Part shown: positions 28,970-38,603 of the stretch, one piece after another
Numbering within the stretch: position 1 is the first letter of the stretch
Layout: each line of letters opens with the position of its first letter
Source of the DNA: a virus
Taxonomy: Duplodnaviria; Caudoviricetes
IMG/VR virus record: IMGVR_UViG_2767802241_000002
Span: 77,281 to 141,280 of that record
Length of the DNA stretch: 64,000 bases
Direction: 5' to 3' (one strand)
The notes under the pieces: model-generated
Databases searched by the model: none
The model's input: only the letters and a program-made list of their open reading frames with translations
Told to the model about the DNA's origin: nothing
Made by a program: the position numbers and the translations under genes

Positions 28970-29724
28970 TGAATGCAATCTCTCTAATTAACCAAGGTTT
29001 TCAACAAACCCAAGAATATTGCGCAACACATCAAGTTGCAAAGGTTCAAGCTGGATCACATCAAATTTGCCCTAAGTGCGCCGTGATTGAAGTTGAATCA
29101 AATAACAGAAATCGTCAGGCGGAAATTGATCGCATGGTTCGTGAAAAACATTTCTCAGGTGCCATGCTTCCAGTGCGTCATGCCGACTCTGGTTTTAAGA
29201 ATTACATAATTAACCCAAACAACCTTGGTCAGGCGAATGCAAGAAGCCAATGTGTGAATTATACGAAATCGATTGCTGCAGGCGTTAAATCGAATTTAAT
29301 CATGGTTGGTAGTACTGGGACGGGTAAAACCCATTTGGCGGTTGCCACGGCGCGCACATTGCTCAACAAAGGCATGTTTGTACGCTACATCACAAGTGAA
29401 GAGCTAGCCCAGCGAATCATGAATGCTTGGGATAGGGACAGCAAAGGTCAATCAGAGGAATCAATAATCCATGATTTCACACAGTATCACTTACTTATCT
29501 TGGATGAATATGGGTTACATGATCGTGAAAAACGTCTAGAGCTGGTTCATAAAGTTTTGTATGCACGCTATGACGCTGGTAAGCCAACGATGTTGATTTC
29601 AAATTTCACCATGGCTGATTTACAGAAAGACTTAGGCGACCGTCTTTGGTCTCGTTTTCAGCATGACGGTTTGACGGTGGTTGAGTGTAATTGGGCTGAT
29701 CAGCGAGTGGGGGAAGTGGCGTGA
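28969..29724 (+). CDS. DnaC/IstB-like helicase loader ATPase
   Basis: GSTGTGKTHLA, LLILDE, ISN and DRL.SR motifs. Confidence 0.9.
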   Translation: MNAISLINQGFQQTQEYCATHQVAKVQAGSHQICPKCAVIEVESNNRNRQAEIDRMVREKHFSGAMLPVRHADSGFKNYIINPNNLGQANARSQCVNYTKSIAAGVKSNLIMVGSTGTGKTHLAVATARTLLNKGMFVRYITSEELAQRIMNAWDRDSKGQSEESIIHDFTQYHLLILDEYGLHDREKRLELVHKVLYARYDAGKPTMLISNFTMADLQKDLGDRLWSRFQHDGLTVVECNWADQRVGEVA

Positions 29725-30694
29725 AAGATCCTTTAGATAATAAAACTCTCGATTGGTGTGAAGAAATTACAAAAGGTGGTTTGAATGAGTTGGCTCTTTT
29801 CGCAGGCGCTGGTGGTGGAATACTCGGATCGCATCTCATGGGATGGAACACAGTCTGCGCAGTTGAACGTGATGCCTACGCCGCACAAGTTCTGGCGCAA
29901 CGACAAAACGATGGAATTCTCAAGCCTTTCCCGATTTGGTCTGACGTTACAACTTTTGACGGAAAGCCGTGGCGAGGAATTATTGACGTTATATCTGGCG
30001 GATTTCCATGCCAGGACATCAGTTCGGCCGGAAAGGGTGCTGGAATCGATGGGGAGCGCTCAGGACTTTGGTTGGAGATGGCGCGAATTATCAGTGAAGT
30101 ACGACCGGCATTCGTGTTCGTGGAAAACTCACCAATGCTTGTGGGAAGAGGACTTACCAGAGTCATTGGTGATCTTACCCAAATGGGGTATGACGCAAAA
30201 TGGGCTCGTCTTTCAGCATCCAACTTTGGAGCGCCCCATCAACGCGATCGGCTCTGGATTGTTGCCCACACCCAAGGCGTCAGATCACAAGAACAGAACA
30301 TCACCAGCAGATTTCAATCGCAAATCGCCCGGACTAAGCGCAATAGTTCATACATGGCCGACACCCAAAGCATCAGATTGGAACAAACGCGGCAAAGTCA
30401 GTGCAGATCCACGCAATGGTTTACCGGGTGCGGTGATGAATTTTCCTACTCCAACAGCATCGGATGCAAACAAGTGGAGCAACGAGTCTCTGGAGGAACG
30501 CAAAGCCAAGGGCAGACAAGTGCGACTCAATACAGCGGTATCACCCCAAGGGGGAGCTGGTGGCATGTTGAACCCGACTGGGTCGAGTGGCTAATGGGGT
30601 GGCCCATCGGGTGGACAGACTTAAAGCCATTGGCAATGGGCAAGTTTCAGAAGTGGCAAGAAGCGCATTTGAAATATTAGGCGGTGCAGCATGA
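29721..30694 (+). CDS. C5 cytosine methyltransferase, large polypeptide (1-bp deletion near 30575)
   Basis: LFAGAGG, GGFPCQD, ENS and HQRDR motifs. Motif X (DRLKAIGNGQV) lies in another frame ending at TGA 30692-94, which overlaps the next ATG. Confidence 0.8.
29785..30680 (+). CDS. Nested alternative-frame MTase polypeptide (TRD + motif IX)
   Basis: 269-codon nested ORF with three PTP(K/T)ASD repeats. Restoring 1 bp gives LNPDWVEWLMGWPIGWT. Confidence 0.65.
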
Positions 30695-30915
30695 TCCATC
30701 AAAAACAATTAGAAAGCGCGGCATTGGCGGCGGAAGTTGAAAAGTTTTTAGCGAAGGGTGGGAAGGTCAAGCAGATCGTCAATGAGCCTGTCAAGGTTAA
30801 ACATGGCACAAGCGATCAGTATAAAAAGCGCAGTTGTCGTTGTGAAAAATGTATGGCTTGGGCGTTGAAAACTGGCGTTATTAAGACGACAAAATTAAAA
30901 GGGACTAAGGCATGA
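30691..30915 (+). CDS. Small Zn-finger-like phage protein
   Basis: 'HGT...Y....CRCEKC'. Confidence 0.65.
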   Translation: MIHQKQLESAALAAEVEKFLAKGGKVKQIVNEPVKVKHGTSDQYKKRSCRCEKCMAWALKTGVIKTTKLKGTKA

Positions 30916-31130
30916 CTATGACTGACTTTAAAGTGGGGGATTTGGTGGTTGCTGTTCATCCAATGGATAGAAGTTTATGTACTGTTGAGCGAGTTAGCAG
31001 TAATGCATTAAGAGCAATAACGGCAGATAGGAGTTTTGCGTTAATTGGCCTTCCATGTGATTTCAGGCCTGCAACACCAGAAGAAATCGCAGCAGGACGT
31101 CGTTTGGAGGTGATCAATGAAAGCGAATGA
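30912..31130 (+). CDS. Phage hypothetical protein
   Basis: Motif shared with 27556..27816; start/stop overlaps. Confidence 0.65.
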   Translation: MTMTDFKVGDLVVAVHPMDRSLCTVERVSSNALRAITADRSFALIGLPCDFRPATPEEIAAGRRLEVINESE

Positions 31131-31437
31131 GTTTGTTAAGCAGCTTGGCTGGTTAAAAGCGTGCTCGGTCGTAAATCACTATTCTGGTGTTGTTGAGTAC
31201 AAGTCGAGGGATGGGGATTTGCTGTTTAAATTTCACGTTAATGATCTTAAGCGCCTCGTTGAGTCGCATGAGATTGTTGCGATTCACGGGCTGGAGAAGT
31301 CTAAGGAAATCGTAGCCAATGCACCTAGTGATGATCATTACTATTCATGGGTATTGGGTGGTTCTGGTGTTCACGATAAGACTGTCAACATCGGAGAGTT
31401 GCGAAAAGCCATTGCCGACGTGGAGAGCTGCCAGTGA
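31117..31437 (+). CDS. Phage hypothetical protein
   Basis: Overlapping operon ORF with GGAGG RBS. Confidence 0.65.
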   Translation: MKANEFVKQLGWLKACSVVNHYSGVVEYKSRDGDLLFKFHVNDLKRLVESHEIVAIHGLEKSKEIVANAPSDDHYYSWVLGGSGVHDKTVNIGELRKAIADVESCQ

Positions 31438-31826
31438 AATTAACAAAAGAACAACGCGAACAGCTTAAGCAAAAGTACGGCGGTCATTGTGCTTATTGTG
31501 GGTGCACATTAAGCGACAAGTGGCATGCTGATCATTTTGAACCTATACGCCGTAATAACGATGGTACATGTTTAAATCCTGAGCTTGATGTATTTCAAAA
31601 CCTTATGCCAGCTTGTCCTGTATGCAATAAAAATAAGCATTCATATCCTTTGGAGTACTGGCGAAAAACACTCGAGGATGCAAATAGAAAATTAACCAAA
31701 TATGTAGCTAATTATCGTTTGGCCCTCATGTTTGGGCAAGTCAAGGAGACAACTCAACCAGTAGTTTTTTATTTTGAAAGGTATGGCACACCTGATGTTA
31801 TTCGGGAGGCATCAAATGAAAGATAA
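31434..31826 (+). CDS. HNH endonuclease
   Basis: CAYCG...DH...NL.PAC..CN..K. Confidence 0.85.
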   Translation: MKLTKEQREQLKQKYGGHCAYCGCTLSDKWHADHFEPIRRNNDGTCLNPELDVFQNLMPACPVCNKNKHSYPLEYWRKTLEDANRKLTKYVANYRLALMFGQVKETTQPVVFYFERYGTPDVIREASNER

Positions 31827-31916
31827 AAACATTCTAGCGCTGGCGATCGTTGTGTATTTGGTGCTGTGCGCCGTGGCTAATGGGTCTGAGTCGGTTAATC
31901 ATGCTGTGGCGTATCT

Positions 31917-32144
31917 ATGAACATGACGACAGATCGAGATTTACAGAGCGAGTTCAATGAATTACTTGCATTCAATGAGCGCATTGATCGTGAGCGAAAT
32001 ATGTATCGAGATCAAGCAAGGATGTATAAACAGCGTAATGCTAGCGCTAAATCGCTTGTAGATAGTCATTTTCGGTTTAATAAAGACAATCCTGAAATGA
32101 CATTGAAAGCTATTCAGCGCGCACTTATTGGGACTGGTGATTAG
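31917..32144 (+). CDS. Phage hypothetical coiled-coil protein
   Basis: In-operon ORF. Confidence 0.55.
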   Translation: MNMTTDRDLQSEFNELLAFNERIDRERNMYRDQARMYKQRNASAKSLVDSHFRFNKDNPEMTLKAIQRALIGTGD

Positions 32145-32548
32145 TGAGCAGCATTCCATTAGCTGAATATCGAAAGATGATCAAAGCCAGACCTAAGGTT
32201 AAATCACGGCGTCCGGTGCGCCGTGGTACTAAGACTGTTAGTGAAGGTGAAGCAACACTGGCTCAGCATCTAAAGGCCCATGGCATTGAGTTTGTTCAAG
32301 AGTTTAAATTCTGCGAGACGCGAAAATGGCGGGCTGATTTTCATATCGTTGGGCATAAATTGCTTGTCGAAGTGGAAGGTGGGATTTGGTCAGGTGGCAG
32401 GCATACACGCGGTAAGGGTTATCAGGCAGATATGGAGAAGTACAACGCGGCAACGATGCTGGGCTATACGGTACTAAGGTTTAGCACGGCGGATGTGAAG
32501 AGTGGTGGAGCGATAGAAAGTATTAAGGGGATGGTGGGTAATGCGTAG
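32144..32548 (+). CDS. DUF559/Vsr-like endonuclease
   Basis: 'EFKF...RKWRADF...VEVEGG...D.EKYN.A..LG..VLRF'. Confidence 0.8.
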   Translation: MSSIPLAEYRKMIKARPKVKSRRPVRRGTKTVSEGEATLAQHLKAHGIEFVQEFKFCETRKWRADFHIVGHKLLVEVEGGIWSGGRHTRGKGYQADMEKYNAATMLGYTVLRFSTADVKSGGAIESIKGMVGNA

Positions 32549-32699
32549 GAATAATAACCAATGGCTGCATATCTTGGTATTTATTGTATTTGCGATTTGT
32601 GCTGTGGCATTCGATGCATACAACACGATTCAAGTCTGTAAAACGCAGGATGTGTATTGGGTTAGTGGTACGCAGCATACGTGTAAATGGTTTAAGTGA
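32541..32699 (+). CDS. Small membrane protein (52 aa)
   Basis: MRRNNNQWLHILVFIVFAICAVAF...; fills the gap between the nuclease and Q. Confidence 0.5.
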   Translation: MRRNNNQWLHILVFIVFAICAVAFDAYNTIQVCKTQDVYWVSGTQHTCKWFK

Positions 32700-32709
32700 G
32701 GTGGTGGCG

Positions 32710-33202
32710 ATGGGTGCAGCAGTAACGATTATGCAAGCAACAGATTGGAAGAAATACAGTTTTGAAGAATGGTGCCGACAGCTAGGTGCATGGATCAATG
32801 GTGATAACGAAACCATGGTGCGTGTCGTAAAAACCATGCCGCTAAAACGGAATTACTCAAAAACATAGAGAAAAGTTACTGGCCATGTATATGAGTGATG
32901 AAGACTTAAAAGACCGATTATGCGTGCGCCGTAGGGGTACATGTTGTCAATTGGATAGTAATGAAGCGCGTGCAATTCAAAAGCTTTTAATTGACCTTCA
33001 GTCGGTTGATGATGAAATTGTTCAAGAGTGGATTGGGGCAATCTGGTGGCATTATGTTATGGGTGAGTCGATTCGTGACATCGCAAGCAGTAATAACACT
33101 TATGTGGCCCAAATACAGCAGGATATTAGATGCGGCTTGGCATTTATTAAATCCCGTTACCCTAATTTTGAGATTGAGAAATTTACCAAGACTAAAAGTT
33201 AA
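32710..33202 (+). pseudogene. Q-like late antiterminator, frameshifted near 32850-32880
   Basis: Two fragments (...FEEWCRQLGAW... and a C-terminal sigma-like HTH); followed by a promoter and terminator. Confidence 0.65.
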
Positions 33203-33216
33203 AATATTTAACACTC

Positions 33217-33308
33217 TTGACTGTATATACAGGGTATGGCATATTTGTGTTAAGTTGGCGATTTATGTATTTAACGCCGTTTAAAGCCTCGCACTTGCGG
33301 GGGTTTTT
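33217..33308 (+). promoter_or_regulatory. Late promoter and downstream terminator
   Basis: TTGACT-N17-CATATT after Q; hairpin GCCTCGCA-CT-TGCGGGGT-TTTT at ~33285-33308. Confidence 0.5.
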
Positions 33309-33324
33309 ATATGCGGGAGTATGT

Positions 33325-34333
33325 ATGTTTGAGAATACGACAAAAAACCAACATTATGTTTCTCAATGTGAGCAAGATTAATGCGATCGATAGTAATGTA
33401 AATAAGGAAAATCGTCGTATTTTCAGTTTAACATTACAAATAAATATACTTTGGAGTTTGATCTTGTAAGCCTCAGTGGAATTAAAATTGAGAAAAATCT
33501 AGCATTGATGACTTATATAGTTTTTTTATTAAAGACGATCGTACCAGGGAGAATTATGAAAATTTCTTTAAGCGTTACGAAGATAAGATATATGCGACAA
33601 CAAATAACCTGCTGAATACTAATGATTTTCCTGCTAAGGAGTTTTTAGACTTAATTACAGCAAAGTTTATGAATTTATTACGTAACCCTTGGAGTATTCG
33701 TTTTGTTGTCGAAAATTTCGGATTTGTGCTTAGATACGATAATCCAGTTCACGGTTACGAAGCTGAATATGCGAAAATTGATGAACTAAGTGTTTTGCCT
33801 AAAATTTTAGATGAATTTTCTGTGAGTGAAGATGATTATAAAAAATGGCTGAAAATAATATTCTATTTTATAGTAGTGGATAATAATCATGGAAGCAATT
33901 CAACATTTTTAGATAAGTTATTGAAAACTTTCTAAACACTAATAATAAAAACTATATTTATACTTATTTATTTATTTATGATGATGAAATTTGTTTGTTA
34001 TCAGATAAAAGTTTAATTATGTATAGCAATAACGAAGAAGAAGATTTATCAATTTCATTTAACCTTTCAAAAAATGCATTTTTAATGATTGAGTCAAGAA
34101 AGTACAAGCATCATTATGAGCATGATAATAACTTCACTGAACTTGAGACTGGTGAAGTGATCATTGATCCTACATTTAAGCTTAATAATGTTCAGTTGAT
34201 TAAAAATAGATATGATTCAGGGTGGTTTGAGTATTGGAAGAAATATAATGCAAGGGTAATTTCTCAGAGTTCAAAGACGTTTTATGCAGCTGAAGAAAAA
34301 TTTGAATTTGAGGAAACAAGTAAAGCCAAATAG
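33325..34333 (+). pseudogene. DUF4238-like cargo gene broken by several indels
   Basis: Starts MFENTTKNQHYVSQCEQ; fragments 33669..33935 and 33995..34333; very AT-rich. Confidence 0.55.
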
Positions 34334-34365
34334 CTATAAATTTCTTCTTATTTTTTGAAATGAAT

Positions 34366-34442
34366 ATACCTATAGCTCAGTTGGATAGAGCATCCGCCTT
34401 CTAAGTGGGTGGTCACAGGTTTGAATCCTGTTAGGCGCGCCA
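34366..34442 (+). tRNA. Degenerate tRNA-Arg(TCT)
   Basis: TAGCTCAGTTGGATAGAGCA D arm, CTTCTAA anticodon loop and GCCA end; mismatched acceptor stem and TTTGAAT T-loop. Confidence 0.65.
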
Positions 34443-34537
34443 TATTCTAATCAGGTGTAATCACACCATTTTAAACCTATCGAATTCGATACCTTTACCC
34501 GCCGTGAGCGGGTTTTTGCATTCTAGGAGTCTGAGAA

Positions 34538-34759
34538 TTGAAATTGAAAATTTTAGCAGTTGGGATTCTAGGTGCTGCAGCACTTGTAGGTTGTGCACGT
34601 GATGCACAGATGGCATCTAAAAACCTTTCTTATGCAGCTGATAACTTTCAACTTGATCGCCGTGTGGTTTTTTATAATGGCATTACGGGTGAGTATATTC
34701 TCACGATTGAAGGTAAGTGCTCGTTTGATGCTGTAAGCGAACGTACGCGAGATTGTTGA
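34538..34759 (+). pseudogene. Phage lipoprotein, apparently 3'-truncated
   Basis: LVG-C lipobox; 'NLS.AADNF...RRVVFYNGITG..ILTIEG.CS'; ends abruptly before a terS gene. Confidence 0.55.
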
Positions 34760-34767
34760 TAAGGCTC

Positions 34768-35238
34768 ATGGCATTAACCGAGAAAATGAAAAAGTTTGCT
34801 CGCGCCATTGTTGATGGTGCAACAAACAAAGAAGCAGCTATTTCAGCAGGTTACGCAGAAAAGACAGCATCTCAACAGGGGTCGAAACTCAAAAATGATT
34901 CTGAAATTATTATCTACATCGAAAAGTTAAAGGCCGAAAAAGAAGGTCGTTCTTTAACTCCAAGTAAGCTGCAAGTTAAACCTGAATCAAGTTGTGAAAA
35001 TGATAATCCCTTTGAAGGCAATTATGCCCAAGATGATCCACTTCAATTTCTAATTGACGTTATGAACGACAAAGAGAATGAAATGGGCTTGCGGCTTCAT
35101 GCTGCCAAATCAGCACTCCCATACGTCCACGGCAAAGTAGCTGAAAAGGGCAAGAAAGAAACTAAAGAAGATGCAGCTAAAAGTACTGCAAATGGTGGCG
35201 GGAAATTTGGAACATTAGGCTCGCAACTGAAAAGTTAA
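34768..35238 (+). CDS. Terminase small subunit-like protein (orphan)
   Basis: 'F......G....AAISAGY..KTA..QGS.L', 'AAK..LPY.H.K'. Confidence 0.75.
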   Translation: MALTEKMKKFARAIVDGATNKEAAISAGYAEKTASQQGSKLKNDSEIIIYIEKLKAEKEGRSLTPSKLQVKPESSCENDNPFEGNYAQDDPLQFLIDVMNDKENEMGLRLHAAKSALPYVHGKVAEKGKKETKEDAAKSTANGGGKFGTLGSQLKS

Positions 35239-35307
35239 TAATTAAAATTTGGGTAGTTTATTTTCACACTCTAAATTAATATCCCTTTGAAACTGTATGG
35301 GGGATGT

Positions 35308-35967
35308 ATGATTAGAGTTTCATTAAAAACAAAACTGATCAGAGCAATTAAAAATGTAGCATTTGCATCAGTTGCATTTTTTGTAATTGGAGCGCTGTTA
35401 AAAAGCGATGGGCCAAAGCTGGATTTGTCTAAAATTTACGAGCTGGTCAAAGATACAGTTGCATTCTTTTCTGCTTTTTTGGGTCCTGTCTTTGCCTATG
35501 TTCTTTTTAATGACTGGCGTGGAGAGCATATTGAAAAAAAACTAGAAGCAGATAGTGAATCAATCTTTAAAGCGATACAGGAAATTTACCTAAAACTATA
35601 CGAAGTTAGAATGAGTATATGTACAAAAGCTACGCTAGAAGAGACTGAGGGATTGAGGGTTAATATGTCTATGGAATTGTTAACTGTAGATATGATGAGG
35701 GTAAGAAACTACATTAAACTCCTCAAGGAAGAAAATGATTGTGCTTTAAATTTTATTCAACAAGCAAATGATATCGTAGATTCATTAAACAAAGTAAATA
35801 ATGAGTTTTATGACATTCAGGGTGCATTTACGATGAATCATAAATCTAAAAGAGAATACGAATTTCTCAGTCCAATATTTGAAAATACAAAAGAGCTTAC
35901 TAAAAACGCTAGCAAAATAGATCAGTTAAACGATGTTTGTAAAGAATTACAGGTAAAAAACGCATAA
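35308..35967 (+). CDS. Membrane-anchored cargo protein
   Basis: Two N-terminal TM segments ending 'LFNDWR', then a helical domain; AT-rich. Confidence 0.7.
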   Translation: MIRVSLKTKLIRAIKNVAFASVAFFVIGALLKSDGPKLDLSKIYELVKDTVAFFSAFLGPVFAYVLFNDWRGEHIEKKLEADSESIFKAIQEIYLKLYEVRMSICTKATLEETEGLRVNMSMELLTVDMMRVRNYIKLLKEENDCALNFIQQANDIVDSLNKVNNEFYDIQGAFTMNHKSKREYEFLSPIFENTKELTKNASKIDQLNDVCKELQVKNA

Positions 35968-36000
35968 ACTCACAACAATGGTTTTTTTATTTCCCAATAT

Positions 36001-36140
36001 TGTCTGAATACGTGGGCGACACGGTGAGAGAGAAAGCAATGTCCTGAACCAGAATGGGGATGCGTAGCAAGGTTTTCGAATGTACCAGTAAACATCGGCT
36101 TATCTCAGCCATTCATGCAGGGTTCGCATCCTGCCAGATA
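36001..36140 (+). ncRNA. Candidate tRNA-like structured RNA
   Basis: 5' TGTCTG pairs with 3' CAGATA; T-arm-like GCAGG-GTTCGCAT-CCTGC; terminator-like hairpin at 36155-36176. Confidence 0.4.
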
Positions 36141-36189
36141 ATTTATATTTACATGCCACCTTCGGAGGGTTTTTTAATGGGTGAGATTT

Positions 36190-36753
36190 ATGGACCAGAT
36201 CCGACCATTCCCCCCGACTGACTTCATTGATCAGGCGGAGGAAGAAGAAGCAATACGATTGGTACCCGCCGTGGATTTAAAACAGTGGGTAGTCGATAAC
36301 TTTTTAACGCTTGGTGGCGCGCTACATAATCCAGACCATGACCACATTGCTGAGTTATTACATGATGATGAAACATTTTTAGCTTTTGCGTGGGCATCAT
36401 CTGCCGCCGTGGCTAAAAAGCGTATGGTGTTAGGTCAATGTGAAAAGGTGATGTTTAATCAGGGCGGATGGAAGAAAGCACGACAGGAACAACAGATGCG
36501 CGACTGGTTCGGCGCCGTACCGGTCTATTTAATCACTGTAGACGCTTCATTCTGTGAACAAGCTTCTGACCGTGATTTTTGCGCCCTGATCGATCATGAG
36601 CTATATCACATCGGCGTAGAACGTGATGAAGACGGCGAAATCATTTACAGCGATCATACTGGGTTACCCAAACATTACTTAGCAGGCCATGATGTCGAAG
36701 ATTTATCGGTGTGGTCAAACGATGGGGAGCAAGCGAAAGCGTTAAACGATTAG
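36190..36753 (+). CDS. Putative phage metallopeptidase (C-terminus frameshifted)
   Basis: HELYH and HDVE motifs; continues in fragment 36711.. (VKRWGA). Confidence 0.75.
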   Translation: MDQIRPFPPTDFIDQAEEEEAIRLVPAVDLKQWVVDNFLTLGGALHNPDHDHIAELLHDDETFLAFAWASSAAVAKKRMVLGQCEKVMFNQGGWKKARQEQQMRDWFGAVPVYLITVDASFCEQASDRDFCALIDHELYHIGVERDEDGEIIYSDHTGLPKHYLAGHDVEDLSVWSNDGEQAKALND

Positions 36754-36889
36754 TCGAGGTCGCACAGAATCCGCCGTTTGTACCAGATTTAGACATAGCA
36801 AAAATGCTGCGGAAACTGCGTAATCAATTGAGCCGAAAGGCTCTTTTTTTTGCCTATTTTGTTGGACGTAGCAGGACAAAGGTGAGTTT

Positions 36890-37346
36890 ATGGCGGCACT
36901 TAAAGAGCCTGTAAAAATCTTTATAGTTCAGTCTCTTGCTTGCTTTGAAACCCCTCAACAGGTAGCAGATGCTGTCAAACAAGAATATGGCATAGAAATT
37001 GATCGCAGACAGTGTGAGGGCTATGACCCACTAAATACTCGGGTCGAAATCTTAGTAAGAAATTAAAGGACTTATTCGACCGCACTCGCAAGGATTTCCG
37101 AGAAATATTGAAGACATTGCAATTGCGAACAAGGCTTTTCGTTTGCGTGAACTGCAAAAGATGTATGACGATTCAGGTAAAAATAAGCGAGCTAAGCAGA
37201 ATTTACTAAAGCAAGCTTTTCAAGAGACCGATGGGCGAGTGACCAAGCATGACGTCACAACAAACGGCGAGTCTATCAATAGCATCAAGCCTACTTTAAT
37301 CGAACTGGTGGCACCCAATGTCAAAACAACAGAAGGTACAGATTGA
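36890..37346 (+). pseudogene. DUF2280-like terminase small subunit, frameshifted
   Basis: MAALKEPVKIFIVQSLACFETPQQVADAVKQE... then ...IANKAFRLRELQ; directly upstream of terL. Confidence 0.75.
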
Positions 37347-38601
37347 GCTACCACCCAAAATTAATACCAATCTTCAGCACGGCGAACGTCCGATATAGAT
37401 CATCATGGGGCGGCCGTGGATCAGCTAAAACGAGAACGTTTGCACTCATGACGGCGATTAAGGGTTATATGTTTGCTGAGGCGGGGATAAGCGGTTTAAT
37501 CCTTGGTGCACGTGAGTTTATGAATACGCTGTCTGAATCTTCTATGGAGGAGATTAAGCAAGCCATTCGCTCAGTCCCTTTTCTTAAAGCTTATTACGAG
37601 AATGGGCGAGAACTATATACGGACGAAGAATCGCCGTGTGAGTTATGGTTTTGCTGGTCTGCGGCATAACTTGGATAGTATCAAGTCCAAAAGCACGCAT
37701 TTTACTATGTTGGGTCGATGAAGCTGAAACCGTCAGCGAAATTGCTTGGCGTAAGCTTTTGCCGACGGTACGTGAGGATGGCTCAGAGGTCTGGGTGACA
37801 TGGAACCCTGAACGCCGTGATAGTGCCACAAGCAAGCGATTTCGGCATGAGCAGATATTCGATGAGCTGACCGGTGAACTAATCGGCGTCGGCTGTGAGA
37901 TGAATTACAGCGATAACCCATGGTTCCCTGAAGTCTTAGAAATTGAACGGCGGCAAGATCAAGCCAACCAAGACGATGCAACCTATCGCTGGATCTGGGA
38001 AGGTGATTATCTTGAGTTATCGGAAGCGCAGATATTTAGGAATAAGTTCGAGATTAAGGATTTTGAACCTGACCCACAAACGTGGGATGGACCATATCAG
38101 GGCTTAGACTTCGGCTTTGCGAAAGATCCAACCGCGGCCACAAGATCATGGATACATGATGATTGCCTATGGATTGAGTATGAAGCAGGTGCGGTGGGAT
38201 TGGAGCTTGATGATACCAAGCCTTTTATCTGTAATAAGATTCCTGACTTTGAGAAATACCCGACCTATGCTGATAACGCGAGGCCTGAATCTATTAGCCA
38301 TTTACGTGGTAAAGGTTTAATACGCATGCGGGCTTGTGAAAAGGGTAAGGGCTCTGTTGAGGATGGTATCGAACACATTAAGTCATTTAAATGTGTTTAT
38401 ATCCATTCGCGATGCAAAGAAACACTTAAAGAATTTCGCAATTACTCATATAAAAAAGATCGCCTCACAGATGAAGTGCTGCCGATTATTGTTGATGACT
38501 GGAACCACTATATTGATTCATTACGTTATGCACTTGAAAAAGTCATGAAGCGTAAGACTGGTTTAAAAATCAATCCATCCATTTTGAACGGACTGCGTTA
38601 A
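37318..38601 (+). pseudogene. terL: Terminase large subunit (PBSX type), frameshifted
   Basis: GGRGSAKT, WVDEAE, TWNP, GLDFG and NHYIDSLRY motifs spread over several frames. Confidence 0.85.
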
Positions 38602-38603
38602 AT

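Noticed and set aside
33221-33232. SOS box (CTGTATATACAG)
   Set aside because: Spacer is 4 bp rather than 8 bp. It lies in the late promoter spacer and more likely relates to Q loading, or is chance.
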